Of a stretch of 64,000 nucleotides of DNA, positions 48,773 through 63,587 are shown piece after piece. Source of the stretch: Phaeosaccion multiseriatum (taxonomy: Eukaryota > Protista > Ochrophyta, other classes); assembly GCA_965112735.1 (NCBI GenBank), contig OZ218964.1, positions 1,736,001 through 1,800,000 on the forward strand. The letters run 5' to 3'. Made by a program: the position numbers and the translations under genes. Under the pieces are notes generated by a model. It worked only from the letters and a program-made list of their open reading frames with translations, ran no database searches and was not told the DNA's origin. The stretch's first letter is position 1. Each line of letters opens with the position of its first letter.

Positions 48773-49931
48773 ATGAAGCTGAGTTGTGAGCTCTTCCCGA
48801 CTGTCTCGAGGGATTCTCTTCATCGCACCCTCGCCCACGCTGGACAGTCTGCCGTGCACGCCTTCGGTCAGCAGTACAACTTCCGGCTCTCCGGCACCTT
48901 GCTTCGGCGACAGGCTGGCTGCGATGGGTGCACCACGGGCAAGTCGCATCGCCGCCCTACGCCTCCATCCACCAGCGCGCGTTCGCTGATCCCGTTCGAG
49001 CGCATCAGCATCGACAACACCGGCCCGATGCGCACTCCTCCCATCCACGGCAGCAGCTACGCCACCTTCATCACGGACGATGCCTCTGGCCACACCGCCG
49101 ATCGGACCAAGGGTATGCAACTCCGCCAATTATCTCCTGCTACATTCAAAGCGATCGGAGAAGAGTCTCATCGACAATTGGAGGAAATGCAGATGCGAGT
49201 GTTCGAGCAACTCTAAGCTGTTCGCGAGAAGAAGCGTGTCTGTCACAACAAAGGGCTGCGAGGGCGCAAAGGCGCGCAACATCGCAAGGAGCTCAAGATC
49301 AGTCGACGGTTGGGGCATGAAGGGCTTTTCATGCCTGGAGTATTTGTCAACGTTGCTACTGTCTCCACTCACAGCAAGCTTCAAGGAGTTTGGGGTGGAC
49401 CTTGTCGAGTGATCAAGGAAATCAGTCCTCTGGTCTTTGAGGTCGAGGAATTGACGGGCATGAAGAAGCGCTTCACGGCACACGCTTCCCGTCTTCGCTA
49501 CTACTGCGACGCGAACGTCAATGTTAGCACCTCTGCACTCACACAGATCCATCACAACAATCCCCATTGGATCGTCGAGAAGATTCTCGATCTTGAGCGT
49601 GAAGCAAACGGAGAATTTGTTGTTCATGTTCAGTGGGTCGGTTTTGGGGCTGAACAGAGCAGCAAGGAGCCAATTCGCACAATGGCTGCGGATGTACCTG
49701 CAATGCTGAAGAAGTTCCTTGACGGTTTCTCCGACAAGGCGCTTGTCAGACAAGCTCTGTCATTCCTCTCTCATGGTTCGGCTCCTCCAACCAAGAAGGC
49801 GAAAAAGGGTTCACTCCGCAAAGGTAGCAAGAAGCAAGCCGATGTGAGACGAGTATCTTTTCACCTTTAGTTTCTTTCCTCCCGAGCTAGTCTTGGGGGT
49901 AGTATGCTGTTGCTGGGGGGGGGGGGGGGGG
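48773..49931 (+). mobile_element. Degenerate LTR-retrotransposon integrase relic: copia-type N-terminus joined to Ty3/gypsy chromovirus C-terminus, followed by polypurine tract
   Basis: HRTLAH...CDGCTTGKSHRRP...PFERISIDNTGPM...YATFITDDAS (copia-type zinc finger and first D). Same frame after one TAA (49214-49216): KLQGVWGGPCRV...HASRLRYY (GPY/F module) and WIVEKILD...VQWVGF...SKEP (chromodomain). PPT-like TTGGGGGTAGTA and G17, each followed by TG. Confidence 0.8.
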
Positions 49932-51058
49932 TGTAGCCGTTACAGCGGTGCCGGTCTACATGTTAGAAGTCGTATTGTTGCTATACTGATACCTCCCGGT
50001 CTGAATTCAGAGGGTAGGTATCAGTTTACTTCTAACCACTGTAGCTAGAGCCTGTGCTGATGGACAGCACCTTCAGGAGGGTGTAGGGGGCACTGGGGAG
50101 CCTCTGAGAAGCCCCCCAGACCCCCCCAAGGACGTCAGCGCCCCCGCCCCCCTGGAGGCTCCTATCATAGTGTGTGTGTGGCATTACTTACAGTTACAGA
50201 AGATTCGTTGACTTAGCCCCATCTATTCGGAGCATTCCGTACGATAGGGGTGCGATGGGTACTGAACTCTGTCTGCCCATAGGCTCCACGTGGTCATAGT
50301 GCGCACGTGTCGGCCTCTTCACGTGCGATAGTCTTTTCCTAGCAGGAGATCTTTCCTCCGTAAGTAATTTACTCGGTTTTTCACCAAGGCCTTTTCTCGT
50401 CTCTCGGCTCTCCTTTTGTCTACGCTTGCCAGCGCTTCCTTCTCTCTTTCCGAACTACAACAGCTCCCACGCCCTCCACAGCCGCTATACTGATCCCGTG
50501 CTGAAGGACAGCACCTTCCTGCACGCTGCAGGGCCACTTCTGGACCGCTCGTGACGGCTCCTGGCCGCTTCTGAGCCTCTTTAGAGGCTCCCGCAGCCCC
50601 ACCACCAGCGCAGCCACCCTGGCTGGGCCTTAGCTAGCTAGCAGACACCGGAAGCAAGCGCCACAGACCCTTCCCAGAGCCCCTCCGAGCCCTTGAGCGC
50701 CCGTGCGCTTCCTTTCCTGCCGGGAAACGATGTCAGTGCGGCAGGGAGGGCCGCCGGACTGCGCTAAGTATGCAAAAGGGGAAGGTCGAAGGCAAAAGGC
50801 AAAGGCAAGGCCTCGAAGGCCTTTTCGTCCGACATCCGACAATGTCCCAACTTGGGTCCCCTCCCAAAGAAGGCCACTTGCCTAATTTTTCTCTTCGCCA
50901 AAATTTTTCTCTTCCTCCTCTCTCTCAGCCTCTCTTGCCTCTCTCTCCACCCCTCTTTCTCTCTCTCCTCTCTCCTCTATCTTTTGTTTCAACTCTCTCC
51001 TCAAAAGGGGGACTTGAGCCTGGCAAGGACTTGTGAGGTGCGGGGTTGAAGAGAGCCC

Positions 51059-52475
51059 ATGGGGTGCTGCCTTGCTCGAGGCGGGGAGGGTATAGGGGAG
51101 CGAGACATCCATGAATCGGAAGAGAGACCCGAGAAGAAGAAGCGTCATTTGCTGCTTCGAGAAGAAGAAGAGGTGAGCCATTCACGCTCCTCCCTTTTTT
51201 ACTTTCCCATTGCCCTCCTCCCCACCTGCTTGCATAATGCTGCTTCCCTTCCGTATTCCCCCCGCTCTCTCACTCCACCCGGTTGTTGCACATTCTTTTG
51301 CCGCTCGTGTTCGTTCCTGTAGATGAAGGGGATACGTAGAGACATTCGCTTCTCCGAGTTGTCGCGGATACAACACATAGTCGACGGAGGGATGAACCAC
51401 ATATACACTGTCCTTTATCAAGGCGAGGTGGCGGTTATGAAGGTGAGTGGCGGATCTTACCTGCCCCCCACTCCAGCGCTTCCGTCCCTCTCTGCCTTCC
51501 TGTCATGTGCCTCCCTGCCTCACCAGTCTCCACAGTTCTCCCGGGAGTGCCACCGGACCCTTGTTGACTCCCTGCCCCTTCCCCCACCCCTTTGCACAAG
51601 CAGGTCCCTAGAGACGATTGCCCGCAGCCCTCTGTGGCGAGGAGGGACCTACTTTTGGAGAGGGACATTCTCACGAACCTCACCCACCCCAACATCATTG
51701 CGCTGCTGGGATCTGGGAATGTCAAGCCCAGTGATCGTGACGGGGACGGCAATGACGCGGAGGGTAAGGGGGGGGGATGGCGGTGCTCTCTGGAGTTGAC
51801 TTTCCCTGCCCCCACATGTTGACCCTGACCTCCTCTTCCCCGTGTGTGTGTATGTGCTCAGACATGTTTGCCAAGAACAACACGGCGCCTCCAAGGAAGC
51901 ATTTCCTCATCCTGGAGTACCTAGAAGGTGGTACCCTTTCGGAGCGAATGGAAGGCCGGGGAGGGGGAGGGGAGGGGGGGCAGCAGGAGACGGGCGCTGC
52001 GAGTGCAAGCTGCTTGTCTGTTGGGCACGTGACTGGAGGACGCTTCACCGTGCCTCAGGCGCTGTATCTGGCCCTTCAGCTGGCGAGGGCTGTCGGGTAT
52101 CTGCACCACCACGCCCTCGCAGGGAAGATGATCTTGCACAGAGACCTCAAGGTGAGTCCAGTCCAATCAGTCAGTCAGTCAGTCAGTCAGTCAGTCAGTC
52201 AGTCAGTCGGTCAGTCAGTCGGTTAGTCGGTCAGTCTGTCAGTCAGCCAGTCAGTCAGTCTGTCAGGTCAGTCGGTCGGTCAGTCTGTCAGTCAGCCAGT
52301 CAGTCAGTCTGTCAGGTCAGTCGGTCAGTCAGTCAGTCAGTCAGACAGTCAGTCAGTCAATGGGTCAGGCAGTCAGTCAGGCAGGCAGGCAGTCAGTCAG
52401 TCAGTCAGCCAGTTAAGTCAGTCAATGAGTCAGGCAGTCAGTCAGGTAGGCAGGAAGTCGGAAGTCGGTCAGTCA

Positions 52476-52511
<36 letters not shown>

Positions 52512-53696
52512 GCCTGTCTGCCTGTCTGTCTGCCTGTCTGTCAACGAATCAGTCCGTCAGTCAGTTAGTCCGTCAGTCAGTCAGTTGGTCAGTCAGTCAG
52601 TTAGTCAGTCAGTTCAATCATTCAGGTAGTCTGTCAACGAATCAGCCAGTTAAGTCAGTCAATGAGTCAGGTAGTCAGTCAGGTAGGCAGGAAGTCGGAA
52701 GTCGGTCAGTCAGTCTGTCTGTCTGTCCGTCTGTCTGCCTGTCTGCCTGTCTGTCAACGAATCAGTCCGTCAGTCAGTCAGTCCGTCAGTCCGTCAGTCC
52801 GTCAGTCAGTCAGTCCGTCAGTCAGTCAGTTAGTCAGTCAGTCAGTCAGTCAGTCAGTCAGTCAGTGACTAGCGCGAGGGGGTCCAAGCAGCCGGAGAAA
52901 GACGTGTGTTTTGTCTTGTACGCCGGTGCCTCCCTCCTTCCTTCTAATGACTCGTCTTGATGCTCTAGTCTCTCGCCTCACGCCCCTCCCCTTCTCTCCC
53001 CTCCCGCCGCAGCCGGAGAACATCGCCTTCAAAGGCGAGTGTGTGAAGCTCTTTGACTTCGGTCTCGCGAAGGTGGTGAAGTTTGAGCAGCCTACCAACG
53101 GGCATGGCCGCAGCGGGGGCGGTAGGGTTAGGGTGAGGCAACGGTATCAGATGACCGGAGAGACGGGGTCCGCTCGCTACATGAGCCCGGAGGTGACCTT
53201 GTGTGCCCCTTACAACGAGACGGCGGATGTGTACAGCTTTGGTCTCATTGCGTGGGAAGTGCTGGCACATCGGCGACCTTTTGACAAGTTTAGCAGGACA
53301 GAGTTCTCTGCCCGCGTTATCAAGGGAGGGCAGCGACCGTATTGTGAGCCGGAGTGGGGCCCTGGCATTGCTCGGCTCTTACGCATGTGCTGGAGCGCGG
53401 ATTTGGATGAGAGACCAAGCTTCTTGGAGATTGACGCTCAGCTCGCGGCTCTCTTACGCGCGAGGGGGTGGCAGGGCGACGAAGTACAGCGGAAGTGGGG
53501 CAGATCAAAGCAGCAGCGCCACAGTCGGAGAAGTAGCAGCAGCAGTGGTGGTGGTAGTAGTGGTAGTGGGCAGGGTTTGAGGAAGACTGCGATGGAGGCG
53601 TTACAGAGGAGGAGGGAGGGAGAGAGGGGCGAGAGGGGCGGGAGGATCGATAGTGCCTCCTCCCCCTCCGCCGCTGCCGCTGCCGCCATGGTGTGA
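51059..53696 (+). CDS. Protein kinase, TKL-like, with N-terminal MGCC acylation motif
   Basis: Exons 51059-51172, 51323-51442, 51604-51763, 51862-52151, 53013-53696 (455 aa). VAVMK, HPNII, LEYLEGG, HRDLKPEN, DFGLA, TGSARYMSPE, DVYSFG, CWSADLDERPSF. Confidence 0.9.
52160..52868. repeat. Degenerate (TCAG)n/(TCTG)n microsatellite block with internal ~150-bp duplication, in kinase intron 4
   Basis: Direct reading; ~52405-52560 is repeated at ~52645-52790. Confidence 0.9.
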
Positions 53697-53818
53697 TAAG
53701 TTGCGGCCTGCGGCCGAAAGCCGAGAAGGCCGGTATAGTAAGTCAATGCAGAGAGCGGGACGAAAAGTCAATGGGCCCCTTCCTCTCTTCTCCATCTCTT
53801 TCCTCACGCTCTTGTGGT

Positions 53819-56800
53819 ATGCGGAAGGTGTCTTTCCTCTTTTCCTTGTCGCCTCTAGCTTCGTTCTTGTTATGGGCGGTGGTTTGCTCGGAGGCCTTTC
53901 TGACTAACCTGAGCAGTAGGAGAGGGACGATGATTCGCGCTCTCTCCAATCCCTCTCCTTCTCTGGGGTGCTCCTTACTGAGGTTGGGTGCCGCCATAGG
54001 AGTAGGGCTGGGGGGCGTGGACAGCGCGAGTAGTGGGAGGCGTTTCTCACCGAAAGTGGTGCTCGCTCTGGGCCGGGATGGTGCGCACATCGAGCAGCAG
54101 CAGCAGCATCGGCACAGCAGTACCGCCACTGCAGGGATGAGCAGTGGGGACGATTGGAAGGGGGAATGGAAATGGAAAAATGAGCAGGGCCTGCTTCTCT
54201 CTCCAAGCGACAGGCGAATGTATCGCCAACTGAAGCTTGACAATGGCCTTCGCGTACTGTTGGTCACTGATCCACACAGCAAAAAAGCTTCGGCCGCCAT
54301 GGCTGTAGACGTGGGAGCCTCCAGGTCTGAGCTGTGTACCTGCGCGTCTGCGTCTGCCCTGTGCGCTTGCGCCTACCGGGTGTTGCTGATCTCCTGACAC
54401 GCCCTCCCCTCCCTACCCATCCAATCCATCCACCCCCTGTAGTGATCCTCGTTGGGCGAGCGGAGTGGCGCACTTCACAGAGCACATGTGCTTCTTAGGG
54501 AGCGAGAAGTACCCCAAGGAGAATGCGTACAAGGCGTTCCTCTCAAAGGTGAGGAGAGAAACAAAGGCGAACATCGGTCCACGAGAGGGCTGGTGGGAGC
54601 TGAAAGGATTTGACTATTGACACGACATGTCTACGCCACCACATCGTTCCTTCCCACCTCCTTCCTCCCCCTGCTCCCTGCACCCCACACAGAACGGAGG
54701 TCGCTCGAACGCGAGCACGTCAATGGACGCGACCATCTACAAGTTCCAGGTGCTGGCAGACGCACTCGAGCCGACCTTGGACATCTTCAGCCAATTCTTC
54801 GTCGCCCCCTCCTTCTCCGAGGGCGCCACGGAGAGAGAGCTCAAAGCAGTGGACTCGGAGGACTCAAAAAACAGAACGAATGACGAGAGACGCGGTATGT
54901 ATGGAGTACGAGAGGGGGGAAATTGCGAGAAGGGATGGACATTCGAAAGTAGACTCAAAGAGGAGGGGGTGAGAGACAGACGCGGCGTTATGGTTCACCC
55001 CTCTTTCAATCGCGTTGTCTGTCTTGTCATCAAACCAAACAGTGCTGCAGGTGTCCAAGGCCTTGCTGGATCAGACCCACCCCTACACCAAGTACAGTAC
55101 CGGAAACCTCAAGACACTCAAGGAGGACCTGCCTGAGGACCACCCTGGGCCCCGACAAGAGCTCCTAGAGGTATGTGGAGTCATGCTAGAGGTGTATGGA
55201 GTCATGGTCAAGTGATGGTCAGATGAAAGTGGTGCGGTCCTGTTCTGCGGCTAATTACAGCGCCCAGCATCCATCCGTCCATCCATCCACTGCCATCCAT
55301 CCATCCATCAACTGCCATCCATCCATCATCCACTGCCATCCATTGCCATCCAATACTCTCTACGATCGGCCAACAGTGTACAACATGTACAACACATTTA
55401 TTCTTGAGGCTACCCCTCTTGAAACCCCCTCATATTGCCTTACAAACACATGTTAAGTTACTTACTTGCCTTGCTTGCAAACACTTCTCCTGTTGACCCT
55501 CGGTGCTTGCTTCGCCTCTGGCCTTTTCCGACCTTCTTTCTCCCTCTTCTACCTCCCATGCTTGCCCTACTTTGTGTGTCCGACTGCCGACATGATGACG
55601 AAAAGTTTCACCAGCTCCACTATCACTCCGAGAACATGGGGTTGTCCGTGCTGGGCAATCAGCCGCTGGACGAGCTCGAGGCCATGGTCAGGAGCAAGTT
55701 CCTTGACGTGAAGGCCTTCGGAGAGGGAAAGGTCAGTAGTGTGTTGGTAGTAGTCCATCAGTCCTGAACCAAAGCTTTCGAGGCGTGTGTGTTTCTTTCC
55801 CTGAATCGCTTCTGCTGCTGCTACGGATGCACCACCAACTGTTGCTGTATCACCAACTACTTCTGCTCTTCTGCTGCTGCTTCTGCTGTATCACCAACCG
55901 CTGCTGCTGGGCTTTCTCCTGTTAAGATTCTGGGACCCAACTCCCCTCTAGTAGGCCGCTCTGCAGAGGACGCAGACGTGGTCGACCCCTTTACCGAGAA
56001 CCCCCTGCCCCGCTTGGTGGACCTCGAGCCCTTGCGAGAACTCAAACGCCTCGTCATTCAGTGGCCCTGCCCGCCTGTGGAGCTCCTGGAGAGCTCTCCC
56101 ACTACCCTCATGAGCCATTTGTTGGGCCATGAGGGGCCGGGCTCCGTCTTCGCGGTCCTGCAAGACAAGGTAAGGATAACTTACTTAAGGATATGTGGAG
56201 TTTACGAGGTCACCCTCCTTGGGGGCTTGGGCCTTGGCTTGGAAGGGGGGGGGCGCATGGGGTGGGCACGTACACTTTTTGCCCCGTATTTTGCTTTCTC
56301 TCTTGCTTTTTGCTGCGTTGTTGGTGGTGTTGGTGGTGTTAGTGTTGATGTTCTTGGTGGTGGTGGTGGTGGTGGTGGTGGTGATGTTATTGTTGTTGTT
56401 GGTGTTGCTGCTGGTGTTGATATTGTGATTGGCTTTTCGTGTCGGGCCTGTCAGGCCTCTATGGGTGTACGCATCTTACCCCCCCTCCCTCCCTTTCTCC
56501 CTCCCTCCCTCTCCTCCCTCCCCTCCCTCCCTCCCTCCCTCCCTCCCTCCCTCACCACCCCCCTCCCTCCATCCCTCCCCTTCCCTCCGCCTACTTCGTT
56601 TCCCAACGCCGCACTCCCTTCCCTTCAAAGGGCTGGGTCCGGTCTCTCTCCTCTGGGCTGCGAACGTCTCAGCAAGACTTCGCTCTCTTTCAGGTGAGGA
56701 GACAAGAGCGAGAGGGTCAAAGGAGTGTGTTCATGTGTCCAAAGAGGGGAGCTGCTCCGGCCCTTACTCACTTCTCTCTCTCTCCTCTCTCCCTCTTTCT

Positions 56801-59800
56801 CTCTCTCTCTCTCCACGCTGGTCAGGTGACGATGAATTTGACCGACGCGGGGGAGGAGCATAGGGAAGAAATTGCGAGGCTTGTCCACGCCTACACAGGT
56901 TAGAGAGGGGCGAGAGGGGATTAGAGAGGGGCGGGGTGGGGTGAGAAGAGCCCGCTGCCACGTGGTGCTGTCCATAATCGCATCATGCCCACTCTTGCAA
57001 CGATTTGGGGAGGAAAGAGGGCTTTCCTTTCTTGTCACCCCGAGTCGAATCTGTGTATACTGAAGGTCTAATCTTGCGCTCACACACACGTGTATCCATT
57101 CCATGCCCATCTTTTTTGTGTCTGTCTGTCTGTCCGTCTGTCTGTCTGTTTGTCTCTCTCTCTCTCTCTATCAGCTTTGCTGCGGAACTTGAGCGAGGAA
57201 GAAGCGCAGAGGTTATACCGAGAGAAGACAGACATCTCCGCCATGAAGTTCCAGTTTCAACAGGTAATAAACCTCCCCCCCCCCCTTCACGTTCAGTTTC
57301 TTAGGTGATTCCTATTAAGTCAATGTAATTCTCCCCCCCTCACGTTCTCTCCACCATGCCTCTCCCCTCCTCCTCCCTCACTCCCTTACTGCATGACACG
57401 GCAGGAAGAGAACCCCTTCGACTTTACCTCTCGAATGTCACGGCGCCTGCAGCTCTACCCTGAAGACGAGGTGCTCAGCAAGGGCGCTCTACAGACTAAG
57501 ACCCTCGACTTTGCCACCTTCCAGGTAAGGCCGGAGGATGGCACTGGATGGTTGCTACTCTGCACTGAAGGGTTTTTCCACTCACCTCCTGGTTGGTTGT
57601 TGCAGCGGGTTCCCTTGCAGCATCTCTGACATACGTACATACTTTTGCCCTTTTGTGTTTTTCTTTCCCACCATCACACCTGCATTTATATGTATATATG
57701 TGTGTGTGTATTATAACAATTCCGCGTTGCGCACCCTCGAATGGCGGGACCCATCCTTGCCCAGAGATTCACGGAGTTCTTACGCCCACACAACACGCTA
57801 ACGTGGCGTGTCTCCAAGAGTGGAAAGGGGGGGCAGTCAGCAGCAGAGGGGCGGCAACAGGCAGAGCCGCAAGGAGGGGCGGGGCTTGACGCGCCGTTCG
57901 CTGAGCCCAACCGGACGGAGAGGTGGTACGGAGTGCCGTACAGGACCACCTCCATTGAGGACGAGAGTTTGCGCGTGTGGACCGAGGCTGCGGAAGGAGG
58001 GCAGGGGCAGGGGCAGGAGGGCGACGGGCGACGAGAGAAGGAGGGGGAGGAGGAAGAGGATCTTGTCAAGCTTCTGCGCATACCTGGTCCCAACATTTAC
58101 ATCGCCGATGACTTCTCGCTCGCATGCGAAGCAGAGGCTGAGGGGGAGGTGGAGGCGGAGGAGGCGGGGGGGGCTGGGGCGGGGGTGGGTATTGGCGATG
58201 CCTCCGCGGGGGGCTATTTTGCCGGAGCTAAACACGAGCCACCATCCATGCTCAGCGGTGGTGAGGAAGGGCAGGTGTGGCACAAGATCGACAGGTGAGC
58301 AGAATGGAGAAGGGGCGCGTGATGTGGTTATCACCAGTATGCGTGCTTCAATCCCCCCCTCCCTCCACCCAGAGGGGAGGTCTGTCTCGCTTGGGAGACA
58401 TAGCTGCTGAGCGTGGGAGGGCTGTGAAGCAGGAGCAGCTGCAGTTGGTGATACATGAGCGGCAGGAGCGGCTTGACTCACCGCGTTGATTTCGATGCTC
58501 CTGCTCCTCTCCTGCTGTCCTGCTGTGTTGCTGTGCTGCTGTGGTGGTGTCCGCTCGTCCCGTTGTGTGCCCCTTTTGCAGCCACTTCAAACAGCCACGC
58601 ACCAACGTGGGGCTCCTGTTGGTATCCCCTGCGGTACGCGAGAGCGCACGGTCTCGTGCTGGTCTCCAAATCTTGCTCGATATCCTCCAGACAATCCTCA
58701 ACCAGGCCACCTACGACGCGGCTTTAGGTGAGACGTGGGGGTGTGAGTCATGACACAGACACCATGGTGGTTGGGTTAGGTAGGAGTATGAGAGAGACAG
58801 ATACCACGGCGGTAGAGAGTTAGGTAGGGACATATATGAGAGGGGAGCCAAGAGTGGTACATGACTTTTGACGTTTGTCCACATTCCTCGCTGTATTCTA
58901 GAGCGTGCTTCTCGATCCTCTCCCCTCTCCCCTCTCCACTCTCCCCAACTCTCCACCCTCCCCTCCTCTCTCCCCTCTCCCCTCCCCCCTCTCCCCTCTT
59001 CTCTCTCCCCTCTCCCCTCTCCCCTCTCGATACTCTCGACCATCTCAAATCCCATCCCCTCTCTCCCCTGTCCACCCTCTCCACCCTGGTGACCTGCCTG
59101 GACCCCCGACCCTCTCTCTCCGTCTCAACCCTCTCTCCCCTCTTCCCTCTCGACCTTCTCTTGTGGCCTTCCTGCCTCCCCAGCCGGGCTGCACTACGGC
59201 CTGGGCAGCCATCCGCACGGTGTACTGCTGCAAGTGGGTGGGTTCAGTCAAAAGCAGGAGCCTCTGCTCAGGAAGGTGAGTGACAAAGTCCCGGTCCCTC
59301 TCTGCCTCTCTCACCGCCTCTCTGCCTCTGTGTGGCGGCCTGCCGCTACCACTGTCACTTTCAGTGTTGTTGCGAATGGTATTGGTGATGCCCGGGCAAA
59401 GGATCCACTCCTGGAAGTACGCCTTGTTCCCAGAGACTTTGAGACTTGAGACTTGGTTTTATACTACATACATGTTGAGACCATCTGTGGGCTGCCCAAT
59501 CCCCACGCGCTACCCGCGTTGCCTCCCTCCCCTTTCTCCCCTCCATCTTCTCTCCCCCTCTCCTTTATCTCCTTCTCTCACTCCCTGCGTATGTGTACGT
59601 GCATGCGTGTTTGCGTGTTCAGCTGTTGGAGGCATTCCTCGACCCTGTGTCGGCAGCGGGCGGAATGGACAAGTTTCGAGAGCACTTCACCACGGCCAAG
59701 GAGGCTGTCATCAAGCGACATGTCAACTTTGCCCTCACTAGACCAGACGATCTGGCTGCCTACTATGCCAGGTAGGAAGGGGGAGGTGATGAAGGTGCTT

Positions 59801-59900
59801 TCTTTCAATCCTCTGTTCTGGGGGCTCCTCCCTTTCGTCTTACGAGAGGAGTTGCACGGAAGCTGACGCGGTGTCTCTCGCTCTCACTCTCTCTCCCTCC

Positions 59901-59931
<31 letters not shown>

Positions 59932-61193
59932 TCTCTCTCTCTCTCTCCCTCTGTCTGCCTGTCTGTCTGTGCCGCTGCACAAGGCTGCTCCTGGAGGGTG
60001 ACAAGAGCACGGTGGACGAGACCAAGGCCGCTGCGGAGGCCGCGGAAGTACAAGACGTGTTGGACATTCACTCCAACGTAGTCGCCAAGGCGTATCCCTC
60101 GGCGCTGCTGCACGGGAACATCGACGAGGCGCAGGTCAGTTAGACGGACTCACGGTTCGTTTCGGACTATTCCAGCAGTTGCCACAAAAGGGTTCAGCGG
60201 GCGGGCGTTGCTTGCGAAGCGTCTGAGCTGACGCCCTTCCTTGCTCCTTCTCTCTTTCTTTCGTTTGTGTGTTGTCATGACTCTCTGTCCGCTTTGTGTT
60301 GTTTTGCCTCGTTGTTGGTTGCTGGGCAGGCCAAGTCCATGTGGACGGCTGTTCGCGAGAGTCTCTCCAAAGCGAAGGTGGATCCTTTACCTGAAGCCGA
60401 CTTCCCCCAGGTCAAGATTGGGGTGCTGAAGACTGATGACCCAAGTCTGGCAGGGTCGGGACTCACAATCTCGGCCAAGGCTGGGAATGACGCGGAAGAG
60501 AACTCGGCTTGTTTCTCCTACTGGTCGCTGGGGGAGAAGACGAGGAAGAATAGAGCAGTCCTCTTGCTCTTGAGTCAGTTGATGCGCGAGCCGTGCTTCT
60601 CCACGCTGCGCACTCAGCAGCAGCTGGGCTACATTGTGTCGAGCGGAATCGAAAACATGGGCAGGGGGGGTAAGATGACAGGCTTCTCCATCCGTGTGCT
60701 CAGCAAGAACACTGCACCAGAGGAGATGTCGAGGAGGATCACTCAGTTCGTAACGGACTTTCGCCAAACAGTAGAAAGCATGCCCGAGGAGGAGCTGCAG
60801 CGTCATGTTGAGTCTCTTGTGGTGAAGCAGCGTGAGCCTCCCAAGCGCCTCGGGGAGGAGTACATGGCCCTGTGGAGGGAGATCGATAAGGCTCAGTGGG
60901 AATGGGACAGCGCCGATGTGGTCATATCTGAGTTGGGCAAGGCGACAAAGGAGGATTTGCTCGCGGTGTTGGACGACAAGATGCTACAGGGGGGAGCGGA
61001 CAAGAGACGAGTCGACGTGCATGTTTACGGTCATGCACACGTGGACTCAATGCCTGTGCTCACAGGCCAGGAGGAGGGTGGGGAGGGTGGGGGGCGGGTG
61101 ATCACGCCGGCGGAGATACCTGCCTTTAGAGACGGACTCGAGATGGTCGGTACCTCCACCCCTCTCCACGCGGCCCACAGGAGGGGAGAGTAG
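53819..61193 (+). CDS. M16A metallopeptidase (insulin-degrading enzyme/pitrilysin family), predicted plastid-targeted
   Basis: Multi-exon. [39 protein letters not shown] (HXXEH), [55 protein letters not shown]-terminus [26 protein letters not shown]|FL. An in-frame ATG at 53771 is an alternative start. Confidence 0.88.
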
Positions 61194-61813
61194 AGGCTCC
61201 AACCCTCTCCATGCTCTGCCCACGAAATGGGATGGGATGGGAGGGGAGAGTTAGGTTGAGGCTGTAGCTTCCCCTCCTTCTTCTCCACAAGGAACGCCGG
61301 GTACCGTGCAGTGGAAGGCAGATACAATACTCTTCACCGCATCCTACGCATGCATGCGTGGGGGATGGCTGTAGTCCTGGCTTTGATTGCGGGGGACTCA
61401 GCGGAAGAGGATCCAGGCCAGCAGTGACGCCTCAAATAAATGGCCCCACCCCCTCCGGCCCTCCGGGGAACAGGATGCTATTCGCGCCTCTTTTGACCCT
61501 GTCGTGCTTCGCCTCGCCCCGAATGTGGAGGAGGAAAATGAGAAGGGCAGCAGCTGCAAAAAAGGGCTCTACTATTATAAGCTCCCCCAGCCGCAGCGGA
61601 GACACAGCAGATACAGCGGTGCGTTGCGACGAAGTACGGCCACGCCCCACACAGAATCTAATGTACTGATTACACTGCATGGTACCTGTACCTTACAAGG
61701 CCCGTTCTTTTCGCAGTTATCGCCGCTGCTACTCCTGGTCCTGGTCCTTTTCAGTCCCTCCCTCACTTCACTCCCTCATCGCGACACTCACTCAAATATT
61801 ATTGACTTACTCC

Positions 61814-63587
<1,774 letters not shown>

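Noticed and set aside
50040-50800. Possible LTR or gag remnant
   Set aside because: No second LTR copy or recognisable protein motif in the window; cannot be supported.
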